From Rhodospirillales bacterium (GTDB lineage Bacteria; Pseudomonadota; Alphaproteobacteria; Geminicoccales; Geminicoccaceae), in assembly GCA_015490605.1 (NCBI GenBank), contig WFXL01000005.1, positions 1 through 56,964 of the forward strand: a DNA stretch of 56,964 nt. Reading direction: 5' to 3'. The position numbers and the translations under genes are program-made. This document shows positions 9,392 through 18,981 of the stretch, one piece after another (the stretch's first letter is position 1; each line of letters starts with the position of its first letter). Below the pieces are notes generated by a model that saw only the letters and a list, made by a program, of their open reading frames with translations, did no database searches and was not told the origin of the DNA.

Positions 9392-9647
9392 GGCGTGCTT
9401 CTCTCCTCCGACGTCCGTTCTAACCGTTCACCCTATGTTCGTCAAACACCGGGTGATCGGGCGTGATCCCTCAGCGGACCATGGTCCTTCCGGGCGTCGA
9501 GCTCCTCGCCTGATTCGGCTCTCAATCAGCCGTGAGTTTAGCCCATTCCGCCCCGGGGCGCAAGCCACACCCGTCACCCGCGCGGCCAGACCGGCTCGCC
9601 ATCCCCGACAACGCCGCACCGATGGCATGCCGGCCCGGCAGGCGCCA

Positions 9648-9692
9648 CAACATCTAGCATGACGTCGGGATAGGTGCAACAAGATATGCGGT
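9648..9692 (-). promoter_or_regulatory. Two AT-rich boxes (ACAACATCTAGCATGA, GCAACAAGATATGCGG), candidate NrdR boxes or promoter elements for nrdJ
   Basis: These are the only AT-rich islands in the 577-bp GC-rich region upstream of nrdJ. They partly resemble the NrdR box (acaCwAtATaTwGtgt). The offset I count is about 29 nt rather than the usual 31-32. Confidence 0.25.
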
Positions 9693-9968
9693 ATCAGCCG
9701 GATGGCCCGCAATACCTTCCGGATGCCACCGCACCGCTCTCACGACTCAACCATCGATCAAGCACCTTGCCGCCGAGGTGCCATGGGCTGATCGGAATTG
9801 ATCGACATGATCTCTTATCAGCTCTCGGCGCATCCCCCGTTTGTCCACAGGAGATGGCGCCGGGATCGTGGCGCCAATGCCACAAGGGCGGGACCGGCGG
9901 TCGCAGCGCCCCCATCTGGACGGCCGGGGTGCCGCTGTCCATACTCCGCCGCGGCCGCACCATGGGAG

Positions 9969-10370
9969 ATGCGGGGCGTGTTCGCGTGGCTGAGCTGGAA
10001 CCGGCTGGGCACCTGGCTGCGGACCCGCCGGCGGGGCGAGTTCGTCGGCGAGGACGAGTTCGGCAACCGCTATTATCGCGAGCGGGGAGCGCGCGACTGG
10101 CGGCAGGAGCGACGCTGGGTGGTCTATGCCGATAGCGGCGGTGAGATCGAGCCCAGCACGGTGCCGCCGGGCTGGCACGCCTGGCTCCACCACACCCTCG
10201 AACATCCCCCGAGCGAGCGGCCGCTCGTGCGCAAACGCTTCGAGAAGCCGTATGTGCCCAATCTCTCGGGCACGCCCGAGGCCTGGCTGCCGCCGGGCCA
10301 TCTGCTGCGCGGCGGAAAGCGCCCGCCGGCCACCGGCGACTATGAGCCCTGGCGGCCCGAGAGCGCCTGA
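9969..10370 (+). CDS. NADH:ubiquinone oxidoreductase subunit NDUFA12-like protein
   Basis: GEFVGEDEFGNRYYRERG...RRWVVYADSGGEIEPSTVPPGWHAWLHHTLEHPP is the NDUFA12 family signature. ATG 9969 follows GGGAG. The track ORF start at 9798 is too long. Confidence 0.85.
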   Translation: MRGVFAWLSWNRLGTWLRTRRRGEFVGEDEFGNRYYRERGARDWRQERRWVVYADSGGEIEPSTVPPGWHAWLHHTLEHPPSERPLVRKRFEKPYVPNLSGTPEAWLPPGHLLRGGKRPPATGDYEPWRPESA

Positions 10371-10410
10371 GGCCGCTTCAGCCCCAGCCTCAGCAGAGCC
10401 TCAGCCGCCA

Positions 10411-10863
10411 TCACGGCGGCATATCATCCTGGGGATAAGTCGGGGACGAGGGCAGCGGCGGCAGTCCCCAGATCGCCGGTGGCGCGAATTCGACGCTGTT
10501 GCCGGCGGGATCGCGCACATACAGGGACCAGTGGCCCGAGGGCCAGCGCTGTCGGTGTTCCACCGCCACCCCGTGGGCCTGGAGATGGGCCTGCCAGCGC
10601 TCGAGATCGCCTTCCGCCACGGCGAAGCACACATGGCCCGGCCCCTCGGAGCCGTGCGGCGGCAGCCCGCGGCCGCGCCGGCTGACATCGGGATGGAACA
10701 GCAGCAGCATCATGTCCGGCAGGCGGAAGAAGACGAACTGGCCGGGCCTGCGGGCGTGCACCGAAAGCCCCAGAATGCCGCCATAGAAGTGCTCGGCGGC
10801 CTCAAGATCGCGCGCATAGAGCACCGTCTCCAGAACCCGGGTAAGGGGAGGGGGCGTGGTCAT
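10411..10863 (-). CDS. VOC (glyoxalase/bleomycin resistance/dioxygenase) family protein
   Basis: 150-aa ORF. The N-terminal LETVLYARDLEAAEHFYGGILGL and C-terminal SLYVRDPAGNSVEF match the VOC beta-alpha-beta-beta-beta pattern. Confidence 0.75.
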   Translation of the reverse strand: MTTPPPLTRVLETVLYARDLEAAEHFYGGILGLSVHARRPGQFVFFRLPDMMLLLFHPDVSRRGRGLPPHGSEGPGHVCFAVAEGDLERWQAHLQAHGVAVEHRQRWPSGHWSLYVRDPAGNSVEFAPPAIWGLPPLPSSPTYPQDDMPP

Positions 10864-10941
10864 GGGCCGGCCTCCGGCATCGGGCTTTCACCGAAAGCCC
10901 CTCTGGATTAGCACGGGCACGGCAGCTGCGGAGCCGGGGCG

Positions 10942-11868
10942 GTGGCGATCCTGTTCATCAGCGACATCGATGATCCGCAGGCGTGGCAGCGCGAGCTCAG
11001 CCGCCGGCTGGGGCCCATCGACTTCCGGGTGTGGCCCGAGCTGGGCGATCCCGCCGAGATCGAAGTGGCGCTGGTCTGGCGGCCGCCGCCAGGGCTCCTG
11101 GCCCGGCTGCCGCGGCTGCGCCTGATCCAGGCTCTCTCGGCCGGGGTCGATGCGCTCCTGGCCGATCCCACTCTGCCGGATGTCCCCCTCTGCCGCATGG
11201 TGGATGCCTCCCTCACCACCACCATGGTGGAGTTCGTCACCACCGTGGTGCTGTTCTTCCACCGCGATCTGGACCACTACGCCCGCCAGCAGCGGGCCGC
11301 CATCTGGCGCCAGCGCCCGCCCCAGCCGGCGGCGGCCACACGGGTGGGGCTCATGGGCCTGGGCGTGCTCGGCCGGGCGGTGGCCGAGCGCCTGACGGGG
11401 CTGGGGTTCACGGTGCGCGGCTGGAGCCGCACGCGGCACGCGCTCGAAGGTGTCACCACCTTCGCCGGCGCCGACGGGCTCGCGCCATTCCTCGGCGGCT
11501 GCGACATCCTCATCTGTCTTCTGCCCCTCACCCCGGCCACCGAGGGCATCCTCGATGCCCGCCTGTTCGCGGCGCTGCCGCCGGGGGCGGTGGTGGTGAA
11601 TGTGGGACGCGGGCGCCATCTGGTGGCGCAGGACCTGCTGGATGCGCTGGACCGCGGTCGGCTGCGCGCCGCCTGGCTCGATGTCTTCGCTGACGAGCCG
11701 CTGCCGCCGGATCATCCCTTCTGGCGCCATCCCCGCATCCACCTCACTCCCCACGTGGCCGCCTGGACCCATCCCGAAAGCGCCGCCGATGTGGTGGTGG
11801 ACAATCTGCGGCGGCTCGAGGCGGGCGCACCGCTGCGTTATCGGGTTGACCGCAGACGGGGCTATTGA
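10942..11868 (+). CDS. D-isomer-specific 2-hydroxyacid dehydrogenase (glyoxylate/hydroxypyruvate reductase A-like)
   Basis: It has the NAD-binding motif VGLMGLGVLGRAVAERL and the catalytic region VNVGRG..V....L..AL..G.L..A.LDVF..EPLP..HP.W..P....TPHVA. Confidence 0.85.
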   Translation: MAILFISDIDDPQAWQRELSRRLGPIDFRVWPELGDPAEIEVALVWRPPPGLLARLPRLRLIQALSAGVDALLADPTLPDVPLCRMVDASLTTTMVEFVTTVVLFFHRDLDHYARQQRAAIWRQRPPQPAAATRVGLMGLGVLGRAVAERLTGLGFTVRGWSRTRHALEGVTTFAGADGLAPFLGGCDILICLLPLTPATEGILDARLFAALPPGAVVVNVGRGRHLVAQDLLDALDRGRLRAAWLDVFADEPLPPDHPFWRHPRIHLTPHVAAWTHPESAADVVVDNLRRLEAGAPLRYRVDRRRGY

Positions 11869-12062
11869 GGTGCGAGGCCAAGAGGTGCGCCCCCTGCGGC
11901 CGGGCGGCGGGGCCGGTCGCAGGCCGGTGAGGGGCGCTTCACAGCCGCGGCCACATCGCTATGTGGCGGCGGCGAGGGCCAGCTGCGGGACTGTGGCGGC
12001 GAGGAGAACAGGGCTCGCGATGCCGGTGCCATCGTCCCCGGGCCATTGGGGGAGGAGTGCAG

Positions 12063-13423
<1,361 letters not shown>

Positions 13424-13430
<7 letters not shown>

Positions 13431-13948
13431 GCCGGAGCAGAGGACCCGCCACCGCGGCGCAGCTGCTCGGCCCGCACCCACGCCGTTGCCCCCGGCGGGC
13501 GCACCTGGAACACCCGCCAGCCGTTGGCGGGGTGGCCGGCGAGATGGCGCGCGGCGGCCGACAGGCTGGCAAAGCGCCGCCCGGCGATCTCCACCCAGCC
13601 GTCCCGCACCTGCCCCTCCACCTCACGGCCGCGGATGCGGGCCCGTAGGGCGGTGCCCTCGGGCAGGGGGACTCCGCCCCGCGGTCGGCGCCCAGTCGGA
13701 GTCAAGCGTGACTCAGATGACTCGCCAGACTCCATATCTCCGATAGGATTGTCAACGGAGTCCTCCATGCCCTTCAGAGTCCCCCTGTTCGACTCCGCAT
13801 GAGCGTGCGACTCCATCACCTGGCGCCGCCGCGGCGGCAGGCCGAGCCAGGCGCGCAGCAGGTCGTTGAAGGACTCGTCCGGACCTCGGAGTCGGCGACT
13901 CAGTTCCGCCACCACCTCCGGGTCCACCGGGATGCGGATCGACTCCAT
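13424..13948 (-). CDS. Small hypothetical DNA-binding-like protein: short N-terminal module, Glu/Ser-rich linker, C-terminal DUF2924/RAMA-like module
   Basis: 174-aa ORF. The C-terminal half has strong GC3. The tail GWVEIAGRRFASLSAAARHLAGHPANGWRVFQV carries the (F/Y)xSxSAAA....G...NGW..F signature I recognise from phage and R-M-associated DNA-binding modules. The linker has depressed GC3 and is packed with GAGTC/GACTC. It overlaps the gshA 3' end by 7 nt (convergent). Confidence 0.6.
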
Positions 13949-14001
13949 GGGTGCCCCTCTGCCGCTGCCGCGTTCAGAGTCCCACGGCGGTGCGTGGAGT
14001 C
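13670..14001. other. Hyper-dense cluster of 15 GANTC (all GAGTC/GACTC) sites
   Basis: Hand-counted sites start at 13670, 13699, 13710, 13719, 13728, 13758, 13777, 13791, 13809, 13872, 13889, 13897, 13941, 13977 and 13997. Thirteen lie inside the small ORF, spread over all three codon phases. Two lie in its upstream region. Confidence 0.85.
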
Positions 14002-14115
14002 AAGCGCTGCGGCCGGTCGCCGCCGCCCTTGCAGGACTGCCTCCGGCAGCCCATCTGAGCCTGCGGCCGGTCATGCGATCGCGCAGCGTCATCACCGTCA
14101 TCGTCGGGAAGCGTC

Positions 14116-15033
14116 ATGCAGATCATCGGAGCCAGATCCAACGGATCCGCCAACGGCGCCGCCGATTCGTGGATCAAGGACGGCAGCACCGCCACCTTCA
14201 TGCAGGATGTCATCGAGGCCTCGCGCGAGACGCCCGTCCTGGTGGACTTCTGGGCGCCTTGGTGCGGGCCCTGCCGCCAGCTGACGCCGGTGCTGGAGAA
14301 GGTGGTGCGCGCCGCCAAGGGGCGGGTGCGGCTGGTCAAGATCAATGTGGATGAGAATCCCGAGCTCGCCCAGCAGCTCCGCATCCAGTCGGTGCCCACC
14401 GTCTACGCCTTTCTGCAGGGCCAGCCGGTGGGCGGCTTCGCCGGGGCGCAGCCGGAAAGCCAGATCAAGCGCTTCATCGAGCAGCTTGTGGGTGGGCCGC
14501 TTGCAGCCGATGTGGAGGCGGAGCTGGAGGCCGGGCGCAGGGCGCTTTTGGAGGGGCGGGCGAGTGAGGCCTTCGTCCACTTCCGCCGGGTGGTGGACCA
14601 GCAGCCCGACCAGGGCGAGGCCTGGGGCGGGCTGGTGCGTGCGGCGCTGGCCCTCGGGCGGCCGGAGGATGCGGCCAAGCTCCTGGAACAGGCGGAAAAG
14701 CACGCTTCCGGCCATGCCGCGGTGGCGGGCGCCAGGGCGGCGTTGGAGATCGCCCGCGAGGCCGGCGAGCTTCCCGATGAGGCGAGCCTGCGCCAGCGGA
14801 TCGCCGCCGATCCCTACGACTTCGAGGCCCGCAGCCAGCTTGCCACGCGCCTGTTCCTCGCCGGCCGCTTTGAGGAGGCCTTCGAACAGCTGCTCGACAT
14901 CGTCCGGCGCGATCGCACCTGGCGCGACGATGGCGCCCGCAAGCAGCTTTTGCGGTTCTTCGACGCCCTCGGGCCCGACCATCCGGCCGCGCGCAAGGGG
15001 CGCATGCAGCTGTCGTCGCTGCTGTTCGCCTGA
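14116..15033 (+). CDS. Thioredoxin-domain plus TPR co-chaperone (YbbN/CnoX-like)
   Basis: It has the thioredoxin fold with VLVDFWAPWCGPCRQLTPVLEKV, followed by a TPR-like helical C-terminal half. Confidence 0.85.
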   Translation: MQIIGARSNGSANGAADSWIKDGSTATFMQDVIEASRETPVLVDFWAPWCGPCRQLTPVLEKVVRAAKGRVRLVKINVDENPELAQQLRIQSVPTVYAFLQGQPVGGFAGAQPESQIKRFIEQLVGGPLAADVEAELEAGRRALLEGRASEAFVHFRRVVDQQPDQGEAWGGLVRAALALGRPEDAAKLLEQAEKHASGHAAVAGARAALEIAREAGELPDEASLRQRIAADPYDFEARSQLATRLFLAGRFEEAFEQLLDIVRRDRTWRDDGARKQLLRFFDALGPDHPAARKGRMQLSSLLFA

Positions 15034-15677
15034 TGTCGCCGGCGGCGCACGATCTGCCGCGCCACATCCCCATCTTCCCGCTGCGCGGCTCGGTGCTGAT
15101 GCCCTACGGGCGATTGCCGCTGCACATCTTCGAGCCGCGCTATCGGGCGCTCGTGCGGGACGCGTTGGCGGGGGAGGGGATGTTCGGCATGATCCAGCCG
15201 CGCCCCGGCCACGACGCCAACCCCTGCCCGCCGCTCTACGTCACCGGCTGTCTTGGCCGCATCGCCGCCCACCGGCCGCTGCCGGATGGGCGCTTTCTCA
15301 TCGTGCTCGCCGGCATCTGCCGGTTCGATCTGGTGGAGGAGCTGGCGGTGGAGACCCCCTATCGTCAGGTGGAGGCGTCCTACGCCCGCTGGCAGGGGGA
15401 TCTCGCCCCGGTGGGCGAGGCGCCGGAGCTGGCGGCCCGGCTGCTGCCGCGGATCCAACGCTATCTCGACATGCTGGAGGTGGAAGTGGACCGCCGCGCC
15501 CTCGCCCGCATGCCCTTCCCGGTGCTGCTGGCGATGCTGGCCACGGTGCTGCCGTTCGATCCGGAGGAGAAGCAGGCGCTGCTCGAGGCGCCCGATCTCG
15601 CGGCCCAGGCGGCGGTGCTGGAGGGGTTGCTGGAGATCGGCCTTGCCGGTGATACTTCGAGAGGACGGCCCAACTGA
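15033..15677 (+). CDS. LON peptidase substrate-binding (Lon N-terminal) domain protein
   Basis: IPIFPLRGSVLMPYGRLPLHIFEPRYRALV is the Lon N-domain signature. The TGATG start/stop overlaps the preceding gene. Confidence 0.85.
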   Translation: MSPAAHDLPRHIPIFPLRGSVLMPYGRLPLHIFEPRYRALVRDALAGEGMFGMIQPRPGHDANPCPPLYVTGCLGRIAAHRPLPDGRFLIVLAGICRFDLVEELAVETPYRQVEASYARWQGDLAPVGEAPELAARLLPRIQRYLDMLEVEVDRRALARMPFPVLLAMLATVLPFDPEEKQALLEAPDLAAQAAVLEGLLEIGLAGDTSRGRPN

Positions 15678-15683
15678 ACGCAC

Positions 15684-15932
15684 ATGGAGGGAGAGGTGAG
15701 CGAGCGCGCCGAAGCTGCCGGTCTCGATCCGCGTCTGTTGGAGATCCTGGTGTGCCCCCTCACCAAAAAGCCGCTTCGCTGGGATCCCGAGCGCCAGGAG
15801 CTGATCAGCGAAGAGGCCGGGCTCGCCTATCCGGTACGCGACGGCATTCCCATCATGTTGCCGGAGGAGGCTCGCCGGCTCGACGAGGCGGGGCCGGCGA
15901 CAACGCCCCCTGAGGAGGAGCCGGAGGCATGA
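15684..15932 (+). CDS. Trm112 family (UPF0434) small protein
   Basis: [14 protein letters not shown]......[26 protein letters not shown] is the Trm112/YcaR motif. Confidence 0.8.
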   Translation: MEGEVSERAEAAGLDPRLLEILVCPLTKKPLRWDPERQELISEEAGLAYPVRDGIPIMLPEEARRLDEAGPATTPPEEEPEA

Positions 15933-16303
15933 GCCATCCGCGCGAGGAGGGGCCTTGGCCGCTCGAGATCCGCGTCTATCGGGACGAGCGGCGGCTTGAG
16001 ATCGACTTCGACGACGGTCAGACCTTCGATCTGCCGGCGGAGCTCCTGCGGGTGGAGAGCCCTTCGGCCGAGGTCCAGGGCCATGGCCCGGGGCAGAAGG
16101 TGGTGGTGGCCGGCAAGCGCCATGTGGGCATCGAGGCGGTGGAGCCGGTGGGCAACTATGCCGTGCGCATCGTCTTCGATGACGGCCACGATTCCGGCAT
16201 CTATTCCTGGGCCTATCTCTATGATCTCGGCCGGCGCCGCGAGGAGATCTGGCAGGCTTATCTGCAGGCGCTGGCCGAACGCGGCCTCTCGCGCGAGCTC
16301 TGA
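15929..16303 (+). CDS. DUF971 (gamma-butyrobetaine hydroxylase-like N-terminal domain) protein
   Basis: [27 protein letters not shown]......[30 protein letters not shown]. It overlaps the Trm112 gene by ATGA. Confidence 0.8.
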   Translation: MSHPREEGPWPLEIRVYRDERRLEIDFDDGQTFDLPAELLRVESPSAEVQGHGPGQKVVVAGKRHVGIEAVEPVGNYAVRIVFDDGHDSGIYSWAYLYDLGRRREEIWQAYLQALAERGLSREL

Positions 16304-16423
16304 CACCATCGCCCGCGCCCTGCCCAGAACCCAAGGGTGCCGTCCTGAATCGGCCCTCTCCATTGGCGCGACCCGGGGCGCAGGACGGCCGTGATCGGGC
16401 CCCATGCGGGCCGCCACGCCTCC

Positions 16424-17470
16424 TCAACCGCGGCCCAGGATCTCGGCGAAGACGGCAAGCGCCCGCTCGATGTCCTCGCGGCCCACGTCCAGGTGGGTGA
16501 CGCAGCGCACCCGGTGCGGGCCCGCCGCCAGCACCCGCACGCCCCGCTGCTCGCACAGTTCGGCGAAGCGGCCGGCGGTGAGGGGGCGCACCTCGAACCA
16601 GAGGATGTTGGTCTCCACCGTCTCCGGCCGGATGGTGATCCCCGGAAGTTCCGCCAGCCCCTCGGCCAGTCGGCGAGCGTGGGCATGGTCCACGGCCAGG
16701 CGTTCGCGGTGATGGTCAAGGGCATAAAGGCAGGCGGCCGCCAGCACGCCTGCCTGGCGCATGGCGCCGCCCATCATGCCGCGAAAACGGCGGGCGCGGT
16801 CGATGAAGGCACAGCTTCCCGCTACCGCCGCGCCCACCGGCGCGCCGAGTCCTTTGGAAAAACACACCGCTACCGTATCGCACAAGTCCGCCCAGGTGCG
16901 CTCCGGCACCCCCAGCGCCACCGCCGCATGCCACAGCCGCGCGCCGTCCAGATGGATGGACAGCCCATGGCGCCGCGCCTCGCGGCAGACGGCGGCAAAA
17001 CGCTCGGGCGGCCAGACGGTGCCGCCGCCGGCATTGTGGGTGTTCTCGAGGCACAGGAGCCGGACCGGCGGGAACAGGCCGGGCGGCATGGTGGCAGGCG
17101 GTGAGGGGATGCGGGCGGCCACCGCCTCGGGCCCGAACAGGCCCCGCTCGCCGGGGATGGCAAGCGGCATCACGCCGGCGATGGCGGTGGGCGCGGCCCG
17201 CTCATACAGCAGCACATGGGCCTGGGCTTCCGCGATCACCGCATCACCGGGCTCGCTCTGGGCGCGGATGGCGAGCTGATTGGCCATGGTGCCGGAGGGG
17301 GTGAACAGCGCCGCCTCCTTGCCCAGAAGCGCCGCCACCCGCTCCTCCAGCCGCCGCACCGTGGGATCCTCGCCATAGACATCATCCCCCACCTCGGCAG
17401 CCGCCATGGCGCGGCGCATGGCCGGCGTCGGCCGGGTGACGGTATCGCTGCGCAGATCGATGACGCCCAT
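16424..17470 (-). CDS. ltaE: Low-specificity L-threonine aldolase
   Basis: VIDLRSDTVTRPTPAMRRAMAAAEVGDDVYGEDPTVRRLEERVAALLGKEAALFTPSGTMANQLAI. I place the start at ATG 17470 (MGVIDL). Confidence 0.85.
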   Translation of the reverse strand: MGVIDLRSDTVTRPTPAMRRAMAAAEVGDDVYGEDPTVRRLEERVAALLGKEAALFTPSGTMANQLAIRAQSEPGDAVIAEAQAHVLLYERAAPTAIAGVMPLAIPGERGLFGPEAVAARIPSPPATMPPGLFPPVRLLCLENTHNAGGGTVWPPERFAAVCREARRHGLSIHLDGARLWHAAVALGVPERTWADLCDTVAVCFSKGLGAPVGAAVAGSCAFIDRARRFRGMMGGAMRQAGVLAAACLYALDHHRERLAVDHAHARRLAEGLAELPGITIRPETVETNILWFEVRPLTAGRFAELCEQRGVRVLAAGPHRVRCVTHLDVGREDIERALAVFAEILGRG

Positions 17471-17590
17471 GCCGGAGTCTCCCCGCAACCCGGCGCCATC
17501 ATGCGCGCGCGAGAAGCGGCTTAGAAGGCGCAGGGACGGCACCGGCAAGGGCAGGGGAGTCCGGTATGCCGGCCCGGCGTGCGCCTGCTC

Positions 17591-18967
17591 TCAGTCCCGG
17601 AGTTCGGCTGCAAGCCGGTCGAAGGTGCGGCGGGCGGCAGCAGCCAGGAAATCCATCTCCTCTTCGCTCAGGGTGAGCGGCGGCGCCAGGATCATGGTAT
17701 CGCCCACCGCCCGCATGACGAGCCCCTCCTCGATGGCAAGCTCGCGCGCGCGCAGGCCCACCTGCCGCTCCCGCGGGAACAGGCGGCGGCTGGCCTTGTC
17801 CGCCACCAGCTCGATGCCGGCGAGAAAGCCGCACACGCGCACTTCCCCCACCAGCGGATGATCCTCAAGGGCCATGAGGTGCTCGCGGAAATACGCACCG
17901 GCCGGGCCTGAAGCACGGGTGAACAGCCCCTCCTGTGCCATCAGCCGCAGATTGGCAAGCGCTACCCGGCAGGCCACCGGATGGCCGGCATAGGTGATCC
18001 CATGGGCGTATTCCACGTCGGCATGGAAGAGGGCCTCGCCCACCCGCGGGCCGAAGGCCACCGCCGAGATGGGCTGATAGCCTGAGGACAGGCCCTTGGC
18101 CATGACCACAATATCGGGGGTGAAGCCGAAGGTCTCGAAGCCGAAGGTGCGACCGGTGCGACCGAAGCCGGTGATCACCTCATCTGCCACCAGCAGCACG
18201 TCATACCGGCGGCAGATGCGTTGGATCTCGGGCCAGTAGCTCGCCGGCGGGATGATGGCGCCGCCGGCCCCCTGGATGGGCTCGCCCCAGAAGGCCGCCA
18301 CCTTCTCCGGGCCGAGTTCGAGGATCTTGGCCTCCAGCCAGGAGGCGGCGAGGCGGCCGAAGGCGTCCGGGTCGAGCTCGCCACCGTCACGGTACCAGTG
18401 GGGATCACCGATGTGATGGAAGCGCGCAAGCGGCAGGTCGAAGGGGCCGTGGACGTTGGCAAGCCCGGTGAGGGAGCCGGAACCGAGACCGGTGCCGTGA
18501 TAGGCGGAACGGCGCGAGATGATGTGCTTCTTCTCCGGCCGCCCCTGGAGGTTCCAGTAGTACCACACCGACTTGATGGCGGTGTCGTTGGCATCGGAGC
18601 CGGAGCAGCCGAAGAAGATGCGCGTCATCCCCAGCGGCAGCAGCCGGGCGAGCTCGGCGGCAAGCTCGGTGGCGGGCGGTGTGGTGCACTGGAAGAAGGT
18701 GTTGTAGTAGGGCAGCTCGCGCAGCTGCTCACAGCCGGCCTCCACCAGCTCCTCGCGCCCATAGCCCACATTGACGCACCACAGGCCGGCCATGCCGTCC
18801 AGCAGCCGGCGGCCGTCGGCGGTCTCGATCCAGGCGCCCTCGGCCCGCACCACCACGCGGCTGCCGCGGCGGGCGAGCTCGTGGTGGACGGTGAAGGGGT
18901 GGAGGTGATGGGCCGCATCCAGCGCCTGCAGCTGGGCGGGATCGTAGGATGTGGTGGCCGCGCTCAT
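17591..18967 (-). CDS. Class-III (omega) aminotransferase, putrescine/beta-alanine-pyruvate aminotransferase-like
   Basis: HHLHPFT......LLDGMAGLWCVNVGYGREEL...DEVITGFGRTG. ATG 18967 follows ACAGGAGCC. The track ORF start at 19387 is too long. Confidence 0.85.
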   Translation of the reverse strand: MSAATTSYDPAQLQALDAAHHLHPFTVHHELARRGSRVVVRAEGAWIETADGRRLLDGMAGLWCVNVGYGREELVEAGCEQLRELPYYNTFFQCTTPPATELAAELARLLPLGMTRIFFGCSGSDANDTAIKSVWYYWNLQGRPEKKHIISRRSAYHGTGLGSGSLTGLANVHGPFDLPLARFHHIGDPHWYRDGGELDPDAFGRLAASWLEAKILELGPEKVAAFWGEPIQGAGGAIIPPASYWPEIQRICRRYDVLLVADEVITGFGRTGRTFGFETFGFTPDIVVMAKGLSSGYQPISAVAFGPRVGEALFHADVEYAHGITYAGHPVACRVALANLRLMAQEGLFTRASGPAGAYFREHLMALEDHPLVGEVRVCGFLAGIELVADKASRRLFPRERQVGLRARELAIEEGLVMRAVGDTMILAPPLTLSEEEMDFLAAAARRTFDRLAAELRD

Positions 18968-18981
18968 GGCTCCTGTCCGAC

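Noticed and set aside
5195-9466. Long + strand ORFs 5195..6973 (592 aa) and 7859..9466 (535 aa)
   Set aside because: They are antisense to nrdJ, which has unmistakable RNR homology. The translations are Gly/Ala/Arg/His-rich junk.
9392-9660. Cobalamin riboswitch in the nrdJ leader
   Set aside because: There is no B12-box (GCCACUG-like) or GGGAA/GGUG core motifs. B12 riboswitches normally repress B12-independent isozymes, not class II RNR.
14814-16556. 580-aa minus-strand ORF
   Set aside because: It runs antisense across four short, well-supported + strand genes (thioredoxin-TPR, Lon-N, Trm112, DUF971). It is Arg/Pro/Gly-rich.
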